From Tricharina praecox (taxonomy: Eukaryota): a DNA stretch of 64,000 nucleotides. The notes under the pieces are model-generated. The model saw nothing but the letters and a program-made list of their open reading frames with translations. It had not been told where the DNA came from and searched no databases. Each line of letters opens with the position of its first letter. Position 1 is the first letter of the stretch. A program made the translations under genes and the position numbers. The DNA lies in NCBI RefSeq assembly GCF_024521635.1, contig NW_026250430.1, forward strand, positions 248,001 to 312,000, given 5' to 3'. This document shows, in pieces, positions 26,754 to 37,915 of the stretch.

Positions 26754-29700
26754 TTAGAACATGTCAAGCACAGCCTATGGTAATTCCATTGTCAGCCAAG
26801 TCCGTTGTGAATACAACCCCTACTACTTTAGAGTGCAATGCAGGTAGATTTCCTTGTCGACCAATATCGACCGCCAGAACTTGATCTGGTGTCTGATGAT
26901 TTGTCTGTCTCTCTTCGGGAAGACAGGTAGAGAGAGAGAGAGAGACAGGCAGACAGACAGAGAGAGAGAGGAAGATAGACAGAGAGAGATGGAGAGAGAA
27001 AGAAAAAGACGGATAGAGGGCTCGGATTGGGTGAGAACACGCAAACACATCCGCCTCCGGCAAGACCATCCAAATGAATGGGAACGGGCCATGCAGAAAT
27101 GCAGAAACGACAAGGGGGGGGAAATGGAATTTAGAGATGCGTGAACGACGTACCCCGTGACTAGCATCTCCAACAAGGTAGGCATATTTCGCAAGTGCTC
27201 CTCGGTTCACCTTCATCCGCGGCGCCTTCCACTTACTCAAACGCGCAGCAATCTCCTCCTCGCTCACGTCCATGCTGAGCGAATTCGTTTCCGCGTCGAT
27301 GGTTACCATGTCTCCATCTGGTATTCCGTTTACCGTCCGTCAGCAAAGCAAGATCCCACACCGCCCGCCCACCCGCCCCACCAGCCCACCAATTAGCCAT
27401 CTCCCCCCCGCGAACTCGTCGACGATGACAACGGTGGCAGAGGAGTGAGAGAAGGGAGAGAATGTGGTGCGTTGTCCACTGCATGCCAGTCCGCCCTTCG
27501 GCTGTTGGACAGGAATAGGAAATGACAACTACGGGAAAACCCTCGCTCACCTTGAAGGATGGCTATGGGACCCCCGACAGCTGCTTCTGGGACGATGTGA
27601 CCTAAAGAGGGAATCTTAGTTCGTTCCTTCTGGCGAACCTGCCTGCACAGGACAAAAACCCAGACTCATACCAACGATGAATCCGTGGGAAGCTGATCTT
27701 GGATTAGCAACTGCATCAGGACACTCTCGCACTTTGGACAGCGAACGTACCTCCGCTGTAGCGGCCATCAGTTATGAGGGCCACGTTGCGCAGGCCCGCT
27801 CCCATCAGCGCGCCACTGGATTTCAACTGCTCGGGCTGGTGAAAGTTTCCAGTCAGCTAGCTTCCTTTCACGATCCGCGTCGACAGCAGCAGCCAGCATT
27901 GGAACATGGTGGTTATTTTCGGGCTCTCCAAACAGTTTTGGCCACGACTGCCAGCAGGGTCTAATGCTACTGCAAGCAGAGCAGCAGAGCATAAGGCCTC
28001 ATCCCGAAGGGACCCGACCCACGATGGGTGGGGAGGGGGCTGGCTCCTCCAACCAGGCACTTGGGACGCACTCTCAAACGGCCGCCGCTGGGCATGGCAT
28101 ATGCCCCCCCCTTCAACAAATGAGACACGAGGTCGATCGGACGACGACAATAACGACAACGACGACAATGACAACGACGACGGCGGCGGTGGGCGTTTGA
28201 ACCCTTCTGGCCTGGCGAGCTAAGAATTGACAGATCGCAAGCGTGACGGTGATGCGAGTCGATACAGTGGGTCATGATGGGTTCAGACGCATGGTCTCGA
28301 CCGTGGCGACTCGCCACGACGATATGGGTCGATGCGGTATATGCTTTGCCCCTCAACCTCTCTTTGTGTCATGGTGCAGTTGATTTCGCTCTGGTCCGAG
28401 GTCGGTGCAGTGCTGTGTTGGCATACAGGAAGAGGGAGGTCGTCGATCGATGAGGCCGGACGCGGCAATCGATTTTCAAGGTTGAAACAATCGAATCCCG
28501 CAAGGAAACCATGCATCTACCAGCGGTATGTACCCTCCAAGGTTTCCCCGCAATAACGGCCGCTATGATGATGGTTGCGTCGCTGGAGCTGGGAATCTAG
28601 CGACGGGAAGGCCAGGATGGCCCTTATGGCTCTTGCTCATGACGTATGGAAGTCTGTAGTTATCCTGCATGAAAAACCTCTAAACCCCCGAGCAAAAGCT
28701 CTAGTGAATTAAGTATTTCTGAATCCGTCCATCGGCTGCATGTGGAATCACTCGAAGCCCTCGAAAATCACGGCCCAATTGTCCGAGAGCCAACCACCAT
28801 GTTCCAAAGGGAGTGCTATACCACGCAAAGGAAAAAAGGAATGACAGGTAACTCACCATTCCAGGACCTCCCTTCGGTCCCTCATAGCGAACGCAGAGCA
28901 CAGTGTTTTCGTTTGGATCGATGCCGCCATTGAAGATCTTCGCATTCAGGTCGTCCTCCTTGTCGAATACCATTGCCTTGCCCGTGAACTTGCGGCCTTC
29001 CTTGCCAGTAATCTTGGCTACGGCCCCTCCAGGTGCTAGGTTTCCCCTCAGAATTCGAATGTGTCCAGTTTCCCTGATAGGGTTGCTGAGAGGGCGAATC
29101 ATGTCCTGGCTGGGATCCAAACTTGGTGCGCCCCAGACGTTTTCCTTTAGCGTTTTGCCGGTAACCGTGGGGATGTCGCCATTTATTAATCCGGCATGAA
29201 TGAGAAACTTCAACACTGCTGGAAAACCACCGATGTCGACCAGGTCCGCCACCATGTACTTTCCGGACGGCTTGAGATCGGCCAGCACAGGTACTTTGTT
29301 CGCAACACGTTGGAAGTCGTCCAGCGTAAAGTCGTGGATATCCGCCGAGTGTGCGATAGCGAGATAATGCAGCACTGAGTTGGTAGACCCACACATGACC
29401 ATAGTACTCACTAATGCGTTCTCTAGGGACTCCTTGGTGATCAAGTCTCTCGGTTTGATGTCCTTCTCCAAGCAAATTTTGATGGCCTCGGCAGCTCGAA
29501 GACACTTTCCAACAAACACCCTTTCTGTCAGCTCGGGGACAACAACACAACAGCTCATCATCATCATCCTGCTTCAACTCTAACAGGCTTTTCACTCACC
29601 TCGCGCATCTTTGCTGGTGACTCGGCTGGAGTTGTCGAAGATCCGGGCAACGTCAGACCCATGGCCTCGATTCCGGTTGCCATCGTGTTTGCAGTGTACA

Positions 29701-31202
29701 TCCCACCGCATGCACCGGCGCCGGGACATGCATTCTTGACGATGCCATCCAGATCCGCTTCGGTGATTTTGCCGTACATGAGCGCGCCATGGGCCTCGAA
29801 ACACGTGGAGATGTTGACAGGTTTTCCGAGGTTGGAGCCACCTTTGATGGAGCCTCCGTAAATCATCAGGGACGGTTTGTTGTGCCGCGCCATGGCCATG
29901 ATACCTAGGAGGTTTGCTCAGCCACAGTCACTGCACGAGTGCAAACGATGAGGGAGACATACATCCAGGCATGTTCTTATCGCATCCGGGAATGGATATG
30001 TTGGCATCCTGATCGTTGTCAGTCACCGAATGATGAATCGTGCGTAGCAGAGGAAGCTAGGTACGTGGTGTTGCGCGCAAGCGATCCTGGAGGTTGGACT
30101 GCGGTCAGCGGGGTGCTCTGAATGCGGGGTTGAGTCTGGGCAGGTACGTTTCGATGCTGTCCGCAATGATATCCCGACTCTGCAGCGAGTACCTCATGCC
30201 TGATCACACTCCCAACCCCCCATGCGTCAGTGCTGCGGTTGACATCGCTAACTGCCAGAGGGAAGTAGCTTTTCCGTGCATGTGGGGATTTTATATACCT
30301 GAGTTGCCCATAGTGATGGCGTCTGACACCTGTTTCGTTGCATCGCTCGACATCTCCGATCAGTGGCCGCCCGGAAGGCTACAGAGTCCGCCCAACAGAG
30401 AGAGCGGGGGAGAGATCGTGGGGGAATGTGCTTACTCCGATGGTGTTGAACTGAAGGCCAATCATACCGTTCTTCTCCAGACCTTCCTTTACAGTACGCC
30501 CCAAGTCGAGCACTTTTTCCAAAGTCCAATCAGACTCTGCGTTCACTGAAGACGGCCAATTGACATCGGCCAAGCAGCCGAGTGGGGGAAAACAGGGGAG
30601 TCAAGGGGAAATGAGAGACGGGAATAAACGAACAATGCATGCTATGTAGCGCCGAAGCGTTAGCAGGACATCACCGAGATTGGAAACTAACAGAGCGAAG
30701 AAAAAGAGAGAGATATGTGCATGGAGAGAGAAAGAGTTTCAAGATCGGAATAAACATTGGCGGAGAAACGACATCGACGATCGCGAGTGCGACATGGAAG
30801 GGGAAACAACGCATATCTTGGAAATTCACAGAGAGGAGTATGAAACAGAAGTCACTGACTTGCACGGGTTTCCCTCGAACCACATCGTCGAAACGCCTGA
30901 AAACATACACGGTCAGCCATCGGTCTGGATCTGGTGGTCGACTACAGGCGTGGTGCTTCGTTGCATCCGGCCGTCGACACAGCCGGAGTGAGTCGAGTCA
31001 TACCGACTTGAGGCGCCGTTTGCATCTTGTCTGCATTCGCACTACCACCAATGGCGGCGTGCAGCATTGCTTTGGCTCCCGGATACTCATTGCCGTTGGT
31101 GAGGACAGACGAGTACCTGTTGAGGATCAGTTCACCATTCCTCTTGGTGCCGTACGGGATTTCCTGGAAGTCCAGGAAGCGGGAGGTCTGTTCTTTGGCC
31201 AT
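26754..31202 (-). CDS. ILV3: Dihydroxy-acid dehydratase (IlvD/Edd family), no evident mitochondrial presequence; 15 exons: 31202-31004, 30896-30860, 30641-30634, 30512-30436, 30329-30299, 30199-30148, 30086-30065, 30008-29963, 29904-29600, 29504-28857, 27835-27751, 27692-27672, 27601-27551, 27317-27154, 26774-26754
   Basis: Family motifs rebuilt across junctions: [102 protein letters not shown]; ends AVLDMF*. Confidence 0.95.
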
Positions 31203-33811
31203 TTTGTTTATGCTGTTTGATTTCGGGGGGTTTCGTTTACTGACTTGCTATCGTGTTTGGTGGAGGTGGAGGTGAAGTGGGGTTGCAAGAGCTGATAGAG
31301 GTTGCGGAGGGGTGGTGGCCGGGTACGAGTCGGGTCTGATATTTTAGGTGAATCCAAGAAATGACGGAAGCACTCAAGTGGCTACCCTTTTCCGAGCGAG
31401 CTGGATGGACGGAATTTGTTTCGTTTCTGCAATTTCGAATTGTTGCAGCGGCAAAGATCACTACCTGGTCGGTTTTCCGCGGGACCGGGAGACACGCCAG
31501 AACCTGTGCCGGTAATGCAGCGCGAAGAGGGGGAGGAGGATAAGGCGCAGCTGCAGAAGAGGGGACGTGATTGAAATGAAGAAAATCAACAGAGACAATA
31601 GGAGGAGGGAGGAGAGAGGAGGGAGGAGAGAGGGAGAGTAGGAAGAGGAGGAGTAGGAGCAGGAGGAGTAGGAGTAGGACGAGGGGAGATGGAGGACGAC
31701 GTTGTATTCTGCTCTAGTCCATACTGTACATCTACCAACAATCGAACAATGCACCATGTACGAGTACTTACTACACACATATTCACACATACATGTATGA
31801 GCACATCATGCCAAACTACCCCGCAACGACTGGCGCCCCACTTTTTTTTTCTTTCTCTTTTCGGTCATCATTTTCTTTCTCTGTTCGGAAGCCACAGATC
31901 TATATCGGGGGTGGCCGTTCCCTTAAATCGTTGTTGGGAGCACTGTTGACTGATCTCATATGTGTTATAGGCGCTTTTGTGACACGGCCTAGAGTCTACA
32001 GTCCCTAGGGCCGATGCATCCACCCCGCATCCGCGGTGCTCGGCACTTTGGCGACAGGAATTGACCGGATGGGTAGCGGCGACGGCGGAGGTTTGTCATA
32101 TGGGATGGTATGGTATGGGGTGGTTCGAGCGGCGGGCAGTGGAAAGCCAGGCGGGTTGGGTGGTCAGGTCAGTCAGGAGGAGGAAGAGCTGGACAGTCGG
32201 GATGAGTTGAGCAGTCCGGGCGAGTTGGGCGACGCAGTCAGTTGGCTGTTGATGAGTGGGTGGGGGAGGTAGGGGGGTCTCTCTCTCGGCGGGAATAATG
32301 ACATGAGGGGTTCACGTTCACATTCACATTCACGTTCGTTCACGTTCAACTGACGAAGCCGACAGTCTGTCCACACTCTCGCCGGCCGGCCTTCGAGGCC
32401 CAGCACCCAGCCCGTCATGACAGTCAAGCCCATCCGATCGGCCAAGCAGATGTGTACATTGTACATACATGGACTCATGGACTGGCCACGCTGTGTACCA
32501 CCGACGCACTTGACGTTCCGTTGCATGGGATGCATGAATGGCTGCTTGCTACATGCTCGGTAATGCACGGGGCGGGATTTAGCCGGCGTTTCACGCCCGT
32601 TCGCCTTCCTTTGGTCATCGCTCAGATGGGTGGTCCCGGCCGTGGCCGGCACGCTATTGGATGTTTGGCGTTTGACCACCATCGAACGTGTCCATGTGTG
32701 TGTGCCTTTATGTGTGTGTCCGCTGGACACCGAACGGAATGCAAGGTCCTTCTCGTTGCTAGCTGGTGCCCGCTGGCAGGCATGGCCATGGCCCGGCCCA
32801 TGGAAGAAGGAATTCGAAGCTTTCGGGGTGATGGTTCGCATGCAATGGTTGTTCGCCTTGGGTGATGATGCTGGTGGTGGTGGCTGTGGTACCGGTAGTG
32901 GCGATGACGTCCCGATAGGATTCACAAGTCAGTCCATGTGTCTAAACGGACAGAGTCTTCATCGTGAACGGACAGATTCTTCATCAATGTTTCTTCCTTA
33001 CCTCCCGTTGCAATAATTGGCATCGTCTGCTCGAGGCTCTTTCGTGCCGTACGTATATAGCCAATCCTACGACAGCCCTATCACATCTCACACCACGCCC
33101 GTGAACAGGGTCCTACGCTAGCAGAAGAAGAAAAAAACAGCCATCATCATAGCACGATGGATGGCTTCCCGTCTTTAATTCCTTCTTCCTTTCTTCTTCC
33201 ATGTGCAGGTGGAATATGACTCGTTCAGCTCGAATCACGTTCTCCCTTTCCGTCCGCCTCTGTCCTCCATCTTTTCCCCCTATCATACGTCAGCTGTCCC
33301 TTTCCAGTGGACGTTAACGTTATTCTTAAAAAGTAAAGATCGCCACGTTTTGGCCGAAAGCAAGAAGCTGACGTCTCGAAACGAATTCCGCGTGTCTTGC
33401 TTACATACTCGCCGTCACGTCCTTACTTCGTTGGTCGGCCCTGCCCGCGTCCTGCCCGCCCAGCCCTATCTAAGTGCCCATTCCCCCCCGCCCCCCGCCC
33501 TGCCCGCCCGCCCCCCCCACCCCCTTGCCCTCCCAAACGCAGCGAAGCCGACCCTACGCGCACCGTGCTCTATTATACTCTGCCACTTGCTGCGTTTCTT
33601 CTTCTTCTTCCTTGCCTGCCCCCACCGGAGACAGAAACGTGCTGCCGCCCATATCCATCCTGTGGCACCAAGATCTGCCCAGAGTCAATTGACACAGCCA
33701 GCTCATAAACGTCCCGGATTGATCCAATCGCATCCCAGCCCTCGACAGCGTGGGCTAAATTCGAGGCCACCTCCGTCCCGCATCGACCACCACTACCATC
33801 AAACCGAATAA

Positions 33812-36461
33812 ATGGATTCCGAAATCCCGCTTCCTCCTCCGAGCGACCTTTCCTCCGCCTCCACGATTGCTTCTTCGTTCGTCGCTGCTGCTGCTGCTGC
33901 TGCACCATCTACCACCGTGTCCACGTCGCTCGCATTCTTCCGAAACCACTTGCGTCTGTTTTCCCGCCCGGAAGAGTTTGGACCGAAGGAGATGGCGATA
34001 GCTGCGTTGTGCGGTGCTGCAACTCTGATGTGTGTTTGCTGCGGGACCATGAAAGCTCTAGGGATGGGGAAGTCGGACGGCCGACGACAGCGACAGCGAC
34101 GACGGGAAGCAGGCGGTGCTGGCGGAGGTAAAGGAGCAGGAGTTGCAGTTGCAGTAGGAGAGGGAGCAGAGGGAGCAACAGCGGCAGCAACAGCAACAGC
34201 AGCAGCAGCGGCGGAGTCGACTTGCAGCAGGAACTCGATGAGCTCAGGTGCGTGTTGTCAATGTCATGAGGGTCAGCTTGACGGCCATTGGCTGTTGGGC
34301 CTGCCGATGATAGCTTCTTTTTGTTCCTTCTTTGTTCCAGCACTGTTGCTTCCTTACCTCAGCAGCAGCTGTCACTGCCTCGCGTTTGCACTTTAACTTT
34401 CTTTGCACACACCCACATACAACACGTCAGGGCGGAATAGAAAGAAAGCTCTTTGACCTGGTCGAGACCGCAGATCGCTCATCCACCCCAACTGTCCCTT
34501 CTTGTTACCCATGATTTTCAACACCGGAGTAGCAACAGAGACAGAAAGAGAGAGAGAAAAAACTGCTGCTGCTTCTGCTGTGTCGTCGCGAGAGCAAAAC
34601 GTGTACTGATGGCGTCACAAGATGCGGTTGTAGCCGATGCTTCCCTGCTCAAAAAGCATTCCAGAATCGTGTCAGTCGTCACCGAGCGCTACTCGTATCC
34701 CGGCGTCCGTGTCTTCTACCGAGCTCACCCCAAAGCCGCATCGCTACCTCCCCAGCTTCCTCTGGTCGTCTTCATACACGGTAACTGCGCCCTCTCCCCC
34801 CGCGTACAGCTCTCGTACCTCGGCTCGGCTCGGGATCGCTGATGTTGTGATGCCACAGGACTCGGCGGCCAGATCCAACAGTTTCGACACCTGATAGAGT
34901 ACCTGGTGAGTGAGGAGGTCCTGCGATCGATCGGGAGCGAGCGTGGCATGTGCTTATCGAACAGGTTCACTTCTCACACGTTCTCGCGATTGATCTTCCC
35001 GGATGCGGCGCGTCCGACTTCGACCCGAAGGACTGGGACGCTTACTCCACGGATGCCCTGTGCGCACTTGTCGCTAAGGTCGTGGGCCAATACCGAGGGG
35101 ACAACCAGAAGGTGGTCGTGATAGGCCACTCCATGGGGTGTGCGCTCGGAGCTACACTAGTCACTAAGGGCGGGCTGCTGGAGGGCATATGCTCAGGATT
35201 CGTGGCGATATCCCCGAAGGCCGTCATCACCGAGAAGGAACAGAAGGCTGCTGCAGCGGCTGTGAAGCTTCCCGAATTTGCGTTCAACATGTTCCGTGCC
35301 TGGGATCGACGGGGCGGCATCAACTCGAAGTCGGTGATGCGTTTCGTGGGAAAGAACGCTTCCGAGGATGTGAGGAGGATGCAGTTGCACTTCAACGAGC
35401 AGTCGCGGACTCCGGTGTGGCGGAGAATGGTGAGCGGCATCAAGCTGCCATCCCGAGAGCAGTGGAGGGCAATCAAGCTTCCGATTCTGTTGCTGGGAGC
35501 CATCGAGGACAAGGTCACGACCGTGGGGGAGCTCGACATGATCCACTCGTGGTTCGATCCGAAGAAAACCACCAGTTCGGTGTCCAGCCAGGATTCGAGC
35601 GGCTCCGATCGGCCCGTCTCCGTGGTCAAGAAGTGCATCATCCCAGATGCCGGCCACGGCGTCATGTACGAGTCCCCAAATGTTCTGTGCGGACTGGTGG
35701 GTGAGTTCCTGTCGAAGCATGTCGATGAAACGCTCTCCCTTGGGTGGCAGCTCCTCTACCTGAAGGAAGACAAGTGGCTCCTCAAGAACCTGGAAAAGTG
35801 GACGCGGATCCAATCGGTATCCCCCCGGATCGTCAAGAGGGCTGGCGCCGGGAAGCCAATCCCGTCGCCGTTCAGAGCGATGAAGACTCTAAGGCAGAAT
35901 GATCCCGACGGGCACAACCCGATAGAATTCTGTCAGAGGTGGACAGATGTGCGGGACATCATCGACATCTCGCATGAGACGCCGCCTTATGATCCGGAGA
36001 CATTCGGTGGCGATCTCAACTATCACAAGTGTAAGTAATCGCTTCTTCCCGATAGGTTGGAGTTGACGTGGGGGGTGGTATTCCGATCGCCCCGCACTCC
36101 TACGATCCCAAATTTATATGTCGTTGGCTATTTGCTCGAAACTAACTTTGTTACAGATCCTACCGTTTCCAAGATTCCCCCCACGCTCGACGAAGTTACG
36201 GGGTTCATCAAGCTCGTCGACTCGATCCGCGAAGCGAGGAAATACGACGAGAATAGTGTCATTGCCTGTCATTGCCACTATGGGTTCAACAGAACGGGAT
36301 TTTTCATCTGCACCTATCTGATCGAGCGGCTCGGCTTCAGTGTTCAGGAGGCGATCGAAGCGTTCAAGGAGGCGCGGCCGCCCGGAATTCGACACCCACA
36401 CTTCATCAATGAGCTCTTTGAGAGGTATTGTCTGGGTCTGCTGAGAGCACCGACGTTCTGA
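33812..36461 (+). CDS. Alpha/beta-hydrolase fused to a C-terminal CX5R dual-specificity/RNA-triphosphatase-like phosphatase; 5 exons (33812-34247, 34622-34780, 34859-34905, 34965-36030, 36157-36461)
   Basis: VFIHGLGG oxyanion motif, AIDLPGCG, GHSMG nucleophile elbow, DAGH His; PTVSKIPP and HCHYGFNRTG phosphatase loop. Junction phases are consistent. Exon 1 (hydrophobic segment) is less certain. Confidence 0.88.
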
Positions 36462-36898
36462 ACTTGGCATCTCGGCGTCTTGGCGCGGATGGCTTGGTTT
36501 TGTTTTGTTACTTGAATTTCTTTTTATTTGATTTGAACTCGTTTCTTTTTGTCTTTTCGGAACTATTTCCTAGTTGCGGGTGTTTACGTGGTTACGTGTC
36601 TGATATCCGTTTGTTTGCGCGCATGTTCAGGCTGGTGTTTCTCGTTAGGTTTTGAGGCGTCTTGTATTGTTTCGGTTGATCGGAGTCGCTCGTCGTCGGT
36701 GACAACTGGGGGGCTTCATGGAATCATATGTACTTCTGGCGCTCTGTATTCTAGACTTTGGCTTGCTTGAATGATTATTTTTTGCGAGGGACGGTGTCAT
36801 GTGTCTGCCGTGCAAATCGAGCTGAAGCTTTTCCCTCCCTACCGAGAAAGTAGAATTGTGAGTGATCAGTGGTGGGTTGAGCCTCAGAGGGCTAGCGT

Positions 36899-36906
36899 TG
36901 TGACTG
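36899..36906 (+). promoter_or_regulatory. Homol-D box (TGTGACTG) in the RPS19 promoter
   Basis: Exact match to the Homol-D element of fungal ribosomal-protein promoters, about 280 nt upstream of the RPS19 ATG. Confidence 0.6.
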
Positions 36907-37077
36907 CGAAATATTGTGGGAGCCAAGCCTGACGGCGCACACACACACACAAACCGATTGCAGGCTGTTCTCCACTCTTGCAGATTTTGGCGTGACGGAA
37001 CCAACGAACGACAACTCGACGCACGGCAAACAGCAGCAACATCCAACTCCCGGCACTTTCCTTCCCGACAAAACAAC

Positions 37078-37166
37078 GTACGACCCCCTACATTTTCAAA
37101 TTCATAGTTTGGAGAATTGCAGAGTTCGCAGAGGATTGCAGCTGATAAAATCTTTGATCGATTCAG
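37078..37166 (+). other. Predicted 5'-UTR intron of RPS19
   Basis: GTACGA donor, GCTGAT branch-like site, TTCAG acceptor 21 nt before the ATG. Confidence 0.55.
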
Positions 37167-37187
37167 ACCACCCCAACAACCGCCAAA

Positions 37188-37700
37188 ATGACCGGAGTCT
37201 CTGTTCGCGATGTCGATGCCCAGAAGTTCATTGATGCCTACGCTGCTTTCTTGAAGCGTCAGGGAAAGCTCCCCGTTCCCGGTAAGGCGAACCCCACGCT
37301 ACACTCGATAACGGGCTCGGACTGATGATGGAATCGTACGCTAGGATGGGTTGACACTGTCAAGACCGGCCACTACAAGGAGCTCCCTCCTCAGTCGATG
37401 GACTGGTTCTACGTTCGTGCTGCCGCCGTCGCCCGCCACGTCTACATGCGCAAGTCTGTCGGTGTCGGTCGTCTCCGCAAGGTCCACGGAGGACAGAAGA
37501 ACCGTGGCTCGCGCCCCAGCCACCACGTCGACGCCTCCGGCTCCGTCGACCGCAAGATCCTCCAGGCTCTCGAGAAGATCGGTGTCGTTGAGGACGGCCT
37601 CAAGGGTGGTCGTCGCATCTCCCAGCAGGGTCAGCGTGATCTGGACCGTATCGCCCAGACCACCATCGAGGAGGAGGAGGAGGAGGAGGATGACGAGTAA
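37188..37700 (+). CDS. RPS19: 40S ribosomal protein S19 (eS19), exons 37188-37281 and 37345-37700
   Basis: MTGVSVRDVDAQKFIDAYAAFLKRQGKLPVPG/WVDTVKTGHYKELPPQSMDWFYVRAAAVARHVY...GRRISQQGQRDLDRIA; strongly biased codon usage. Confidence 0.98.
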
Positions 37701-37701
37701 A

Positions 37702-37915
37702 GTAAGTGCATTTCCTCGGTTGCTTGCTGCATCACACCCCCCACCCCTCGTTGCGAGTTGACCTGCGATATCCATCCCATATATGCGCAGCGTTGGACTC
37801 GGATGCTATGCCTCGGGCCCCCTCTAGCCGCTGGGAATATGAGCGGTGCTCGACGAGGGGTGTGTCTCGCGGTCGTCGGATGTGGGCTAACCTCTGCCTT
37901 TTCTCGCTGCTCTAG
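37702..37915 (+). other. Predicted 3'-UTR intron of RPS19 starting 1 nt after the stop codon
   Basis: TAA-A-GTAAGT consensus donor, GCTAAC branch point near 37886, pyrimidine tract, CTAG acceptor. Confidence 0.75.

Noticed and set aside
28565..28722. Box C/D snoRNA (ATGATGA...CTGA) in the long dehydratase intron
   Set aside because: The boxes are on the strand opposite the host transcript and I saw no terminal stem or guide complementarity.
26754..36461. Dehydratase as a self-resistance gene of a secondary-metabolite cluster (AstD-like)
   Set aside because: No terpene cyclase, P450, PKS or NRPS anywhere in the window; neighbours are housekeeping or regulatory genes.
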